64,000 nt of DNA from an uncultured Candidatus Saccharibacteria bacterium (lineage in GTDB: Bacteria > Patescibacteriota > Saccharimonadia > Saccharimonadales > UBA4665), in the NCBI GenBank assembly GCA_963835055.1, contig CAWIDU010000001.1, positions 124,182 to 188,181 on the forward strand, given 5' to 3'. Positions 46,945 through 55,885 of the stretch are shown piece by piece. The notes below the pieces were generated by a model. That model made no database searches, was not told the origin of the DNA, and was given only the letters and a program-made list of their open reading frames with translations. Positions within the stretch are counted from its first letter, which is position 1; each line of letters opens with the position of its first letter. The position numbers and the translations under genes are program-made.

Positions 46945-47273
46945 CGGTTGTCGCCGCTGCCGCCGATGACGCCGCGCTCTTGGCGGCTTTTGAGCTTGGC
47001 CAGATTGTCAGCAGCGACCTTGTCGAAAGATACGCCTAACTGGTGAGCGAGTGTTGCCAGGTACCACAATACGTCGCCGATTTCCTTGGCTAATTCGGTC
47101 TTGTCGGCGGCCGAAACTTCGCCGTTCTTGTCGCGGATAATTTTCTTAACCTTTTCGGCGATTTCGCCACTCTCGCCAGTGACGCCAAGCACCCAGTGCA
47201 TGATGTCTTTTAATTCATCCCCGGTGTATTGTGCAGTGGTCAGCGCCAGTTTCTGGTATTCGTCGAATGTCAT
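46941..47273 (-). CDS. MazG-like nucleotide pyrophosphohydrolase (small, single domain)
   Basis: GESGEIAEKVKK...EIGDVLWYLATLA. Confidence 0.85.
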   Translation of the reverse strand: MTFDEYQKLALTTAQYTGDELKDIMHWVLGVTGESGEIAEKVKKIIRDKNGEVSAADKTELAKEIGDVLWYLATLAHQLGVSFDKVAADNLAKLKSRQERGVIGGSGDNR

Positions 47274-47869
47274 TTAATAATTCTCCCTGCCTCATCAATT
47301 TTAACAGCTCCCTCGCGGATAATTTCGATGGCGTCGTCAACGATGCGAATGATGGTCGATGGTTGGTGGTCGGACAGATCGCCGCCATCGCTGTAGAAAT
47401 CAACTTTGTCATCGAAGTAACGTTGGGCTTCGGCCGCGGTGGTGGCCGGTGGCTGGCCGGGCGGGTTGGCGCTGGTAGTCAGCAGCGGACCGGCTTGGCT
47501 CAGTAGTTTTTGAAGTTCGTGATCGGCTGGCAGGCGAATTGCTAAGCTCATGACGCCCAGGTGCAAATATTCCAGGTTTGGCTCGCCGCACGGAATGATG
47601 ACGCTGACGGCGCCCGGCCAGAATTGTTGGACGGCGCTCAGGTAGCGGCGTTTGATGCCCAGCTCGACTAGCTGGTCAATGTTGGCGGCGATGATAGTGC
47701 CTGGTTTATGGTCTCTGGTTTTCAGAGCGTAGAGTCGGGCGACGGCCGCTGGATCGGCGGCGCGGGCCACCAAACCGTAAACCGTGTCCGTCGGGATGAC
47801 GCCAACGGCGCCGGGTTTTAGTAATTTTTCGGTGGCTCCAGCAAGAGACATGCTAGTGGGTTTTGACAT
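47270..47869 (-). CDS. tsaC: L-threonylcarbamoyladenylate synthase (TsaC/YrdC)
   Basis: GVIPTDTVYGLVARA, LKTRDHKPG..I, TTSANPPGQPP. Confidence 0.85.
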   Translation of the reverse strand: MSKPTSMSLAGATEKLLKPGAVGVIPTDTVYGLVARAADPAAVARLYALKTRDHKPGTIIAANIDQLVELGIKRRYLSAVQQFWPGAVSVIIPCGEPNLEYLHLGVMSLAIRLPADHELQKLLSQAGPLLTTSANPPGQPPATTAAEAQRYFDDKVDFYSDGGDLSDHQPSTIIRIVDDAIEIIREGAVKIDEAGRIIK

Positions 47870-48107
47870 AGGCCACGGTGGCCAAGCCGGCCAGAGCTAG
47901 CACGATGACGACAGTGGCGAAAATGGCCATGCCAACGCCGTGACCTGGCTGCTTGGGCGCTTTCGGCGGAGGAGGGGGCGGAGCCTTACCGACTGGTTTG
48001 TCCGCCGGCTTGTCCGTTGGTCTGTCGGCCGGTTTGTCATCCAATTTGTCAGGCGGCGGCGCGGTGACGACGTCCATAACCGGTGCGGGTCGGGGGTCCG
48101 TATCCAT
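47853..48107 (-). CDS. Proline-rich 84-aa protein with a C-terminal TM anchor
   Basis: Internal ATG at 48105-48107. DKPADRPTDKPADKPVGKAPPPPPPKAPK is followed by MAIFATVVIVLALAGLATVAYV. Confidence 0.5.
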   Translation of the reverse strand: MDTDPRPAPVMDVVTAPPPDKLDDKPADRPTDKPADKPVGKAPPPPPPKAPKQPGHGVGMAIFATVVIVLALAGLATVAYVKTH

Positions 48108-48149
48108 ATGGCTAGATTGTAGCACGCATTGTATGATGAGAGTTAGCCA

Positions 48150-48992
48150 ATGATTCAATACAGTATTTGGTGGACCAAACGCTTCGTTGTCCTGTTGCCT
48201 GGAATTGTCATCGCTTACTTGTCGGTACGCGATATTTTTCCGTATATCCATCATCGGTTGCACTTCGGCGGCTTGGCGATCCTGGCAACTTACGCGCTGG
48301 CGGCCTATGTCTTGGTGCCAGCTGTCATTCGTATCATCCGGATTATCCGGCCGCCGGCCCATTTGCCGCTGTACTGCGTGACGCCGGACGGCTTCGCCTC
48401 CGATCCGTTGAACGTTGGCATCATCGCCAACCGTCTGGAGTTAATTCAAGTCATGGAAAAAGCTGGCTGGCAATCGGCTGACCGCCACAGCTTCAAGAAC
48501 GTCGCCAAAGTTATTATCTACACCGTTATCGGCCGGCCCTATCCGACGGCACCGGTCAGTAACATGTACTTGTTCGGCCGCAAGCAGGATATGGCTTTCG
48601 AGTCGTCCGTGGAGGGCAACAAAGCTGGCCGTCATCACGTGCGCTTCTGGGCAACGACTTATAAGGACCAGGCGCCGCTCAGTGTCCGGGCAATTTCTTG
48701 GCAACATCGCCGGACGCACGTCCAGGGCGATAACCTGCTGTGGGTCGGCGCGGCGTCGATGGACATTGGTATTTCGCTAATCCGTCATAACTTCCAGTTC
48801 ACCCACATGATTGACCCCGATACCAACCGCGAGCGGGAAATGATCGTTGCTCAGCTGCGCCAAGCGGGGGCGGTGCGCAAGGTCGAATCGGTTCGTCTCA
48901 GCAAAGCTTACCGGCTATTAAACCGCGTTTGGAACGGCTCGCTACATTCCGATGGCCAGATGGCGATCGTCCACTTGCGCCAGAAAAGCTAA
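48150..48992 (+). CDS. LssY C-terminal domain-like membrane protein
   Basis: N-terminal TM segments. GFASDPLNVGIIANRLELIQVMEKAGW...MYLFGRKQDMAFE...GRHHVRFW. Confidence 0.6.
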   Translation: MIQYSIWWTKRFVVLLPGIVIAYLSVRDIFPYIHHRLHFGGLAILATYALAAYVLVPAVIRIIRIIRPPAHLPLYCVTPDGFASDPLNVGIIANRLELIQVMEKAGWQSADRHSFKNVAKVIIYTVIGRPYPTAPVSNMYLFGRKQDMAFESSVEGNKAGRHHVRFWATTYKDQAPLSVRAISWQHRRTHVQGDNLLWVGAASMDIGISLIRHNFQFTHMIDPDTNREREMIVAQLRQAGAVRKVESVRLSKAYRLLNRVWNGSLHSDGQMAIVHLRQKS

Positions 48993-48995
48993 ATT

Positions 48996-51062
48996 CTACA
49001 GCCCACCGTAGCCGTAACCATAGCCGTTGAAGTTCTGGGCTGGTTTGTAGTAGTCGCTGATCTTGAGCGGTGATTTGCCGGTGGCTAGGCCGCCGACCGG
49101 CATGATGTAAAGCTCGCTGCTATTCTTCGACACCAGCAAGTAGTTGTCGCTGTACCAACCGTAGGGTGAGTAATCGCTGAGGGTGGCGATTTGCTTGGAG
49201 CTGGCGGCGTTGGCGTCGCCGGTGAACAGCGTGTTCTTGCCGTCGCGCAGTTCGGTCCAGAAAGTTTGGTTGCCGGAGGGTGATAACAAGAAGGTCGGGT
49301 AGGTTTGGTTGAAGTCGTTTTGGGTCAGACTGGACGTCGAGATCGCCTGATTGGCGAAAGTATAGTAGGTCGTGGTGTTATCGCTGTTGAAAACATCGTA
49401 GTAAACGGTTTGCGGCTCATAGAGCACGCCTAGGATAGATACGACACCGCTAGCGGCGAATGATTGGTAATCTTTCTTGCCCTGACCATTGGGCTGGATA
49501 CCGCGGATGGTGTCGGTCAGGCTGCTGAGATCGAAGCCGTTGCCGGTCGTGTCATAAGTCTGCCACTGCGTGGTGTACATTAGCAGGTTGTTAACGATGT
49601 AGAAATTCTGGAACGATTGGTAGCCGTAGCTGGTGGCCACGCCCTGGGCTTGGTCCTGGTCCAGCTGGTTGAGCTGCGCGGTGTCGGCGTCGTAGCTTTT
49701 GATAGCTTCATGGCCGGTTTGTGACAGCGCCGTGGTGTTGCTCTCGGCATCGTACAGGAAGTCGTGCCCGTCCCAGCCGATGAGCGTGAAATTGGCATCG
49801 CTACTATCGAACTCCGTGACCTTGGCATTGCTGGTGTTGATGAGGTAAAGCGCCGGCCGGTTGCCGGCGCGTTGTGATTCCAGGACCAGGTAGCGCCAGT
49901 CGCGTGAAGCCAATAGGGTCGTGTTGTTGGGATCTTCTTGACCGGTGCCGGCCAGGACGGTCTGACGGCCGGAATCGTCGAGGTTGGTTTTGACGACGTC
50001 AATTTTGCCGCTGAGGTTGGACAGGAAGTAAACTTGGCCGCTGGCCAGTAGTGGAATGCTGTTGGCCGCCACGGCTTTGTTAGTCACCGTCAGACTGCCC
50101 TGCATCGTATTGTAGCCGCTCAGACTGGCGGTGAACTTCGCGGTACTCAAATCGGCCGGCAGGACTATGGTGGCCTGGCCATCTTTGCCAGTCTTGGCCG
50201 AGGTGTTCAGGACTTTGATATCGACGTTGGCCAGCGCTTGGCCGCTGATTTCGTCAAGCACCGTGATCGGTACCTGGCGCCCGGTGGCCACCAACTGAAT
50301 GGCCGCGGCCTTGGCCTTCAGGCCGACAGACAGGCTGCCGGCATAGCCGGTGTAATACTGCTTGGTGATGGTCAGATGCTTCTTGCCGACCGGCACCTTC
50401 AAGCTGACCCTGCCCGCAGAATCGGTCTTCCCCGTGGCACTGCCCAGACTGACGGTGGCGCTACTGACAGGCGTGTTGGTCTTGCTGTCGGTAATAGTCA
50501 AACTAACCGGCTCCTTGATAAACAAACCAAGCACCGCATAGCGCGTGAACGGCAGGGCGAAAATAATCACCAGTAGCGCGACTACCAAACCTACCCAGGC
50601 CCGCCAATCGTGAGCCCAGCGCTCCAGCTTGCCTTTCCAGCCGTGGACGAACTTCCGTTTGACCGGCGGTTTCACTGTGGCGTCCTCGACTTCCAGCATA
50701 GTGTCAGCGTCAGTGGCAGCGATATCGTCGACAGCTTTGCCGGTAGCATCATCATCGAAACCGGTAGCATCGGGATCGGGCTTGGCTGGCTCGCTGGGGC
50801 TGCCGGCCGGTTGGCTGGTAGACGGCATCGGCTCAATATCGGCGTTCTTCTGGACACCGAGCTGCTTGAGCAGTTTGTCGGAAACTTCGGTCGCCGTCTT
50901 GGGATCCTTGAAAATATCAATCGGCGGCCCGCCGACACTCGGTTTCTGAATATCGCCGGGTTTCGGCGGCTGACGCCGGGCATCCATCATGTTGTCGACC
51001 CGCTCGCGCAGAGCCTGATCTTCAGGCGGTTCGGCTGAGCGGGAGTCTTTCTTGCCTAGCAT
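48996..51062 (-). CDS. Large membrane-anchored extracellular protein (CarboxypepD_reg-like plus beta-propeller-like regions)
   Basis: 688 aa. Disordered cytoplasmic N-terminus, one TM segment, TITDSKTNTPVSSATVSL..TDSAGRVSL, then repeated beta-strand-rich sequence. Confidence 0.8.
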   Translation of the reverse strand: MLGKKDSRSAEPPEDQALRERVDNMMDARRQPPKPGDIQKPSVGGPPIDIFKDPKTATEVSDKLLKQLGVQKNADIEPMPSTSQPAGSPSEPAKPDPDATGFDDDATGKAVDDIAATDADTMLEVEDATVKPPVKRKFVHGWKGKLERWAHDWRAWVGLVVALLVIIFALPFTRYAVLGLFIKEPVSLTITDSKTNTPVSSATVSLGSATGKTDSAGRVSLKVPVGKKHLTITKQYYTGYAGSLSVGLKAKAAAIQLVATGRQVPITVLDEISGQALANVDIKVLNTSAKTGKDGQATIVLPADLSTAKFTASLSGYNTMQGSLTVTNKAVAANSIPLLASGQVYFLSNLSGKIDVVKTNLDDSGRQTVLAGTGQEDPNNTTLLASRDWRYLVLESQRAGNRPALYLINTSNAKVTEFDSSDANFTLIGWDGHDFLYDAESNTTALSQTGHEAIKSYDADTAQLNQLDQDQAQGVATSYGYQSFQNFYIVNNLLMYTTQWQTYDTTGNGFDLSSLTDTIRGIQPNGQGKKDYQSFAASGVVSILGVLYEPQTVYYDVFNSDNTTTYYTFANQAISTSSLTQNDFNQTYPTFLLSPSGNQTFWTELRDGKNTLFTGDANAASSKQIATLSDYSPYGWYSDNYLLVSKNSSELYIMPVGGLATGKSPLKISDYYKPAQNFNGYGYGYGGL

Positions 51063-51133
51063 AAGCTTAATTACCTCTCAGTCTAGCAAAAATTCACGCT
51101 AGAGGTAAGTGAAATGTCCTTTACAATGGAATC

Positions 51134-51769
51134 ATGCCCTTAGCCTCGCCGTCCGAATTGAAAAAAGCAGCTGAGCATTTGGCAGCCGCTGATCCGGTGC
51201 TGGCGACGATCATTAAGAACATTGGCTTGGCCACGCTAAAAGCTCATAAGGATTACTACGGCGCTCTAGTCAATTCCATCATCAGCCAGCAACTGAGCGT
51301 CAAAGCCGCCGATGCCATCGAGAAGCGGTTCCTGGCTTTGTTTGATAATAAATTCCCAACGCCGGAGCAGATTTTGACTATTTCGGCTGACCAGTTAAGG
51401 GCCATCGGTTTCAGCTACATGAAAGCCAACTACGTCCATGATTTGGCGCGTCACATCCTAGATGGAAAACTGAAATTTGAAAGTTTTGATAAATTGAGCA
51501 ACGACGAAATCATCGCCGAGTTAACCGACGTCAAGGGCATCGGCGAGTGGACGGCGCACATGTTCCTGATGTTCTGCATGGGCCGGCTGGATGTTTTGCC
51601 CACCGGCGACTTGGGCATCAGAAACGGCGTCACGAAATTATACGGCCTGAAAAAAGCCGCCACGCCGGAGCAAGTCATCAAGCTCGCCAAGAAAAATAAA
51701 TGGGCGCCTTACCAATCCGTGGCCAGTTGGTATATCTGGCACCCGCTGGACAATAAGCCGGTAGTTTAG
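51134..51769 (+). CDS. HhH-GPD family DNA glycosylase (AlkA-like 3-methyladenine glycosylase II)
   Basis: ISQQLSVKAA; LTDVKGIGEWTAHMFLMF (HhH-GPD); TGDLGIRNG catalytic Asp. Confidence 0.85.
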   Translation: MPLASPSELKKAAEHLAAADPVLATIIKNIGLATLKAHKDYYGALVNSIISQQLSVKAADAIEKRFLALFDNKFPTPEQILTISADQLRAIGFSYMKANYVHDLARHILDGKLKFESFDKLSNDEIIAELTDVKGIGEWTAHMFLMFCMGRLDVLPTGDLGIRNGVTKLYGLKKAATPEQVIKLAKKNKWAPYQSVASWYIWHPLDNKPVV

Positions 51770-52635
51770 TTCAGCTGTAGCGATTCCAGAATGGCTAGCG
51801 TCTGCTGGAAAATAGTGGCGTTCGTCCAGGTACTGTTGGTGATGGCCAGCGGCGTGGCACTGGTGCCAGTGCAGGCTGTGCTGGCGCAGTCGTAGAAACT
51901 GGCACTGATAATCGGGTCGACGGAAATTGCGCCGGAGCTCAAGGCAGTGCCAGCCGCCATCTGGTTGATACCGCTAACAATTACTTCTTGGAAAGAGCCG
52001 CTCAGCGCGCCGGTGACTGAGAAATGCACGAAAGTCAGGTACGGATATTGATGCTGGCTGGCCGTCGGCTTGCTGTAAGCGAACTGCACCGAGTTCTGGG
52101 CCACCGTCGGCGAGCCCTTGTCCAGTTCGCTAAGCGTGTCGGTGCCGGGCCGGATACTGAGCACGACCTTGCCGGTGACGCTCTGACTGGCCGCCGAGGT
52201 TAGGCTGACTAGCGGCGAAGTCAGGGTGATGGTCTGGTCGTTGGGGTTGCCGTTAGAAACCGGCGTCACGCTCCAATTGCTGGGATAGCTAAAACTTAGA
52301 TTCAAATCTTTGCCGTTGGAAACGTAATTGGTCAGTGCGGCCGAGGTGCCGGTGCTGCTGGGCACGACTGTGGCGGCCGTCGTTTTCTTAGCCGGCGGCG
52401 CGGCGGCTTTGTGCTTGCTCAAACCAAAACCAGCTGCAGCAATTACGATAATCAGCACAACCGCGATAGCAGCGTAACGCGGCCACTTAGCTTTCGGCTT
52501 ACGCGGCGGGACGACATTCTTAAGATAATCGACCCGTTGCTGACGCTCCTCATCGGGCGTCAGCTCGGGCTCTTCGGGCGACTCAGTTGGTTCCGGTGTC
52601 GGAAGCACTGGCGCCGGTGATGGTGGATCATCCAT
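51766..52635 (-). CDS. Membrane-anchored extracellular protein, unknown function
   Basis: 289 aa with a Pro/Glu-rich N-terminus and one TM segment (YAAIAVVLIIVIAAAGFGL). Confidence 0.75.
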   Translation of the reverse strand: MDDPPSPAPVLPTPEPTESPEEPELTPDEERQQRVDYLKNVVPPRKPKAKWPRYAAIAVVLIIVIAAAGFGLSKHKAAAPPAKKTTAATVVPSSTGTSAALTNYVSNGKDLNLSFSYPSNWSVTPVSNGNPNDQTITLTSPLVSLTSAASQSVTGKVVLSIRPGTDTLSELDKGSPTVAQNSVQFAYSKPTASQHQYPYLTFVHFSVTGALSGSFQEVIVSGINQMAAGTALSSGAISVDPIISASFYDCASTACTGTSATPLAITNSTWTNATIFQQTLAILESLQLN

Positions 52636-52721
52636 ATCTCCAGTATACGCTGGTTATAACAGATTAAACTGAATATTAATTAACTTCGGTGGCCATCTGT
52701 TGTTTTATTCTTATATATATG

Positions 52722-53099
52722 TCACAAACAGTGCTCTCTGAGCCAATCTGTAATAACAGATACGTCCAGATGCTCAGTGGCTACCTGCACAGCGAAATCT
52801 TCCAGTTCTTCCGGCGAGCAATTGAACATTTTGCCGTTCATGATTAGAAAAATGCCGCAAACCGTCACAGCTGTCCGCTTGTTGCCATCAACGAAAGGAT
52901 GGTCACCTATCAAATTACGTAAATAAACAGCTGCCTTTTCATAAATGCCCGCATACTGTTCTTTGCCAAAAGCTGATTGGCGCGGAGCAGCAACGAGCGC
53001 TTCTAGCCGATGCTCGTCACGCACGCCATGACTGCCGCCATAATCCTCAATGACTTGAGAATGCAGCCGCAGAATTTCTTCGAGGCTCAAATAATTCAT
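52722..53099 (-). CDS. doc: Doc (death-on-curing) Fic-family toxin
   Basis: Fic motif HPFVDGNKRTA; 125 aa. Confidence 0.9.
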   Translation of the reverse strand: MNYLSLEEILRLHSQVIEDYGGSHGVRDEHRLEALVAAPRQSAFGKEQYAGIYEKAAVYLRNLIGDHPFVDGNKRTAVTVCGIFLIMNGKMFNCSPEELEDFAVQVATEHLDVSVITDWLREHCL

Positions 53100-53305
53100 T
53101 AACGGTCGGCTAGATTTTTGAGCGTCTGACCGTACTTAGCGACAAAAGTTTCGTAATCTTTCATCAGCTTGTCATGCTTGGGCTTTTGAGTTGGCTCAAT
53201 AGAGTATTTCACTTCGTCGCCAACACGCAAACCGAGCTCCTCAAGTTGTTTCTTGGGGATAGTAATACCGGCGCTGGTGCCAATCTTAATGATTTTCTGT
53301 GTCAT
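53099..53305 (-). CDS. AbrB/SpoVT-fold antitoxin (Phd/MazE-like)
   Basis: IIKIGTSAGITIPKKQLEELGLRVGDEV. The stop overlaps the doc start by 1 nt. Confidence 0.85.
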   Translation of the reverse strand: MTQKIIKIGTSAGITIPKKQLEELGLRVGDEVKYSIEPTQKPKHDKLMKDYETFVAKYGQTLKNLADR

Positions 53306-53491
53306 ACGGACATTATAATAAAATTATAATTTCTTGTCCAGTGGTTTTGCGGATTTCTTAAATTTGTGCTTCAATAAATTTGAATGTGGCCGTCCGCATC
53401 AGCCCATGCGCCCTACCGTTCCTGGCGACTAACATGGCAGGACATCCAAGACCACCGAACGGATCTTCATTAACATAATAGGAGATTCGTT

Positions 53492-53668
53492 ATGGCAGGA
53501 CATCAAGGCGTTAGCGCCCAGGATGCCAAGTTTTACGACGAGCACATGAAGCACTGGCGTGCTTGGGGCTCGTGGTTTAGCTGGGGTTCGCCAGTCGGAT
53601 TGGGATTATTCTTCATCTCAGTCGGCTTCACGCTCTGGCTCCTCAGTCAAGCTTTCGGCTGGAATTAA
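53492..53668 (+). CDS. 58-aa Trp-rich membrane peptide (not in the ORF track)
   Basis: AGGAG 8 nt upstream of the ATG. MAGHQGVSAQDAKFYDEHMKHWRAWGSWFSWGSPVGLGLFFISVGFTLWLLSQAFGWN. Followed by a terminator. Confidence 0.5.
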   Translation: MAGHQGVSAQDAKFYDEHMKHWRAWGSWFSWGSPVGLGLFFISVGFTLWLLSQAFGWN

Positions 53669-53685
53669 GCTTCCCCGCCGGCAGG

Positions 53686-53715
53686 AAAACAGCGCAGCTT
53701 AGGTTGCGCTGTTTT
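53686..53715. terminator. Bidirectional rho-independent terminator
   Basis: AAAACAGCGCA-gcttaggt-TGCGCTGTTTT lies between convergent genes. Confidence 0.65.
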
Positions 53716-53733
53716 GGTAATAACCTTACGGAA

Positions 53734-54066
53734 TTAATAGTTAGGTAAACCTTGGCGATGCCTTATGGCTAAGGCTGTTAGATTGTCCCTCCAATATCTA
53801 TCAGCGTAGGTTTGCACCCATTTTGTCCCAAGATTATTTTCCCGATGAGCAACGTAAACAGTTCTGTTGCCCTCGCTGACATACACTTGTTGCGGGTTCG
53901 CTTTTACGTAGTTGTACGCTTCGAGCCTGGTCCACGTGCCACGCGAACCGTTGTCATCTACCCACCAAAAAGTCCCTAGGTGGGCATGGTGAGTCCCGCT
54001 TGAATTTACAAAAGCGGCGTCATATATGCGTTTCACGGTTTCATCCTTTCGGCGGGAAAGGGTCAT
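53734..54066 (-). CDS. DUF3892-like protein
   Basis: 110 aa; ...VYVSEGNRTVYV...WVQTYADRYWRDNLTAL pattern. Confidence 0.6.
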   Translation of the reverse strand: MTLSRRKDETVKRIYDAAFVNSSGTHHAHLGTFWWVDDNGSRGTWTRLEAYNYVKANPQQVYVSEGNRTVYVAHRENNLGTKWVQTYADRYWRDNLTALAIRHRQGLPNY

Positions 54067-54271
54067 TCCCGTAGCTGTTACGTTGACTAATTTTGCCGTT
54101 TTCGTTGTGGATCAAGTGTTCGGATTTATTGTTAATGGCCATCTGACGGCCAGCCGCTTGCGCTTCTGCCTTCGTCTCATAGACCTTTGAAGGCTTATTG
54201 GCGCCCTCACTGACATTCCGCCAGTTGTGCGCCTGATGATTATATGTTGTGTGAATATTTTTGTGTGCCAT
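54041..54271 (-). CDS. DUF2188-like protein
   Basis: 76 aa. W.NVSEGANKPSKVYETKAEAQAAGRQMA...HLIHNENGKI. RBS AAGGGGG. Confidence 0.65.
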   Translation of the reverse strand: MAHKNIHTTYNHQAHNWRNVSEGANKPSKVYETKAEAQAAGRQMAINNKSEHLIHNENGKISQRNSYGNDPFPPKG

Positions 54272-54567
54272 AATGGCACCCCCTTATCTCTAGCAACTGC
54301 TAGGTTATTTGGTGTGCTAGAATAAGGGCGTACCAGGGTTCTCAATCTTAGTACACAGACACCAGTTCGCGCTGGTGTCTTCTTAATTTCTAGCTCTTGT
54401 TAATGACACTGGAATGTACCCTCCAGCATTCGAGCCTCAAATTTTCGTTTGAATACTCTTTTCTGATTTTACCTCACTGCTCGCAAATTGCAAGTAAAAC
54501 GCTAGTTCTAAGTAGAGAATCTTTATATAAGACATGCCTCTTAGAGATATACCTTCTTAGATTTAAC

Positions 54568-54597
54568 TTGTACGTTTCGTTTGCTGAGTGCTATAGT
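54568..54597 (+). promoter_or_regulatory. Candidate promoter giving a near-leaderless transcript
   Basis: TTGTAC, 18-nt spacer, TATAGT. The -10 element ends 11 nt before the ATG at 54609, and no RBS is visible. Confidence 0.3.
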
Positions 54598-54608
54598 ATG
54601 GCTAGATT

Positions 54609-54875
54609 ATGGACGATGATAATTCGAGTACGCGATATAACGCTGAGCATTACACGCCGGAGGCGAAGAGAGATCGCTTCAAGCGTATTGCCGAAAGACG
54701 GACCAACAGAATCCTGAATGACCTTCGCCTACTTGGCAATACAGGCAATAAAACCTTATACCAATATAATCAAGTTGATATTGATAAAATCTTTGCAATT
54801 ATTGAAACAAAGCTAACTGAGACTAGAGCTAAATTCCAGACCAAGAAAAGAGAAGATCCTTTTACGCTTGATTAG
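54609..54875 (+). CDS. Hypothetical basic 88-aa protein
   Basis: Clean ORF in a low-GC islet; no recognisable motif. Confidence 0.55.
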   Translation: MDDDNSSTRYNAEHYTPEAKRDRFKRIAERRTNRILNDLRLLGNTGNKTLYQYNQVDIDKIFAIIETKLTETRAKFQTKKREDPFTLD

Positions 54876-54916
54876 GGCGCTAAGCGGTTGATGTCGCGGG
54901 TCATTTATTAATTAGT

Positions 54917-55852
54917 TTAATAAACATTGTTTTGCGGCTTGCCGTCTAGACAGGCTTTTATGTTGGCGATGAAAATTTCTTGTTTGGCGATCCGGGCTTC
55001 GTCGCTTAGAAAAGCAATCGGCGGATAAGTCACGGTGTTTTTGAAACCTTTGATTTTATCCAACTCGGAGGCCTCCATTTCGTCTGGGTGGTCAAAAATA
55101 AAGGTGATGTCATTCTTCGATAACTGTTCCACAAGCGCGTCGGTTTCGATAACTGGCGGCGGCACTGTGCTAATCAAAATGCTGCCCGATTTAATCAGCC
55201 CGAGATTTTTACCGTTCAACAAACCAGTCGTTTCTTCCGTCTCAGCCACATTAACTGAAATATAGGTACAGGTTTTGAGCAACTCATCGAGCTCCTGATA
55301 GGTAAAAGGCACTTGTTTCTTATTGCGGGACCAGTAACTGACGTTGGCACCAAAACCGGCGGCCAATTCGGCAACACGGTTACCGATACTGCCTAGACCG
55401 ATAACGCCAAATTTACTATTCTTGAGTTCTTGTGCGGTAATGCCGTCAAAGTCATAGTTACCGGCTCTTGCTCGCTTCAATCCCTCTTCAATGTCTCTGA
55501 TTTGATAAAGAATGGCGGCAATCGTAAACTCGGCGACTGATTCGGTGCTATAGCCGGCAAGGTTGCAGACTGGAATATTTCTTTTGGCGGCAGCCTCTAA
55601 GTCAACCGTGCCGTAGGCGGTGGCTAAAATGTTAATGAGTTTCAGGTTTGGCGCGGCGTCGAAAATATCTTGGCCGGTCGGTATTTGAAAACCAAGCAGC
55701 AAAGCGTCGCAATCCTTGAGCTCTGTCATCAGTTTCGGATCATCTCGGCTCAATGAAACTTTTATTTCAGCTAACTCATTCAATTGATCCCAATATTTTT
55801 TATCAAACGAGTCGTCCGAAATATTAACTAAAACTGCTTTTTTAAACTTCAT
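54917..55852 (-). CDS. D-isomer-specific 2-hydroxyacid dehydrogenase family protein
   Basis: GVIGLGSIGNRVAELAAGFGANV Rossmann motif; 311 aa. Confidence 0.9.
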   Translation of the reverse strand: MKFKKAVLVNISDDSFDKKYWDQLNELAEIKVSLSRDDPKLMTELKDCDALLLGFQIPTGQDIFDAAPNLKLINILATAYGTVDLEAAAKRNIPVCNLAGYSTESVAEFTIAAILYQIRDIEEGLKRARAGNYDFDGITAQELKNSKFGVIGLGSIGNRVAELAAGFGANVSYWSRNKKQVPFTYQELDELLKTCTYISVNVAETEETTGLLNGKNLGLIKSGSILISTVPPPVIETDALVEQLSKNDITFIFDHPDEMEASELDKIKGFKNTVTYPPIAFLSDEARIAKQEIFIANIKACLDGKPQNNVY

Positions 55853-55885
55853 GGCCGCCTCCGGATTATGGTGTAATTATAGCAC

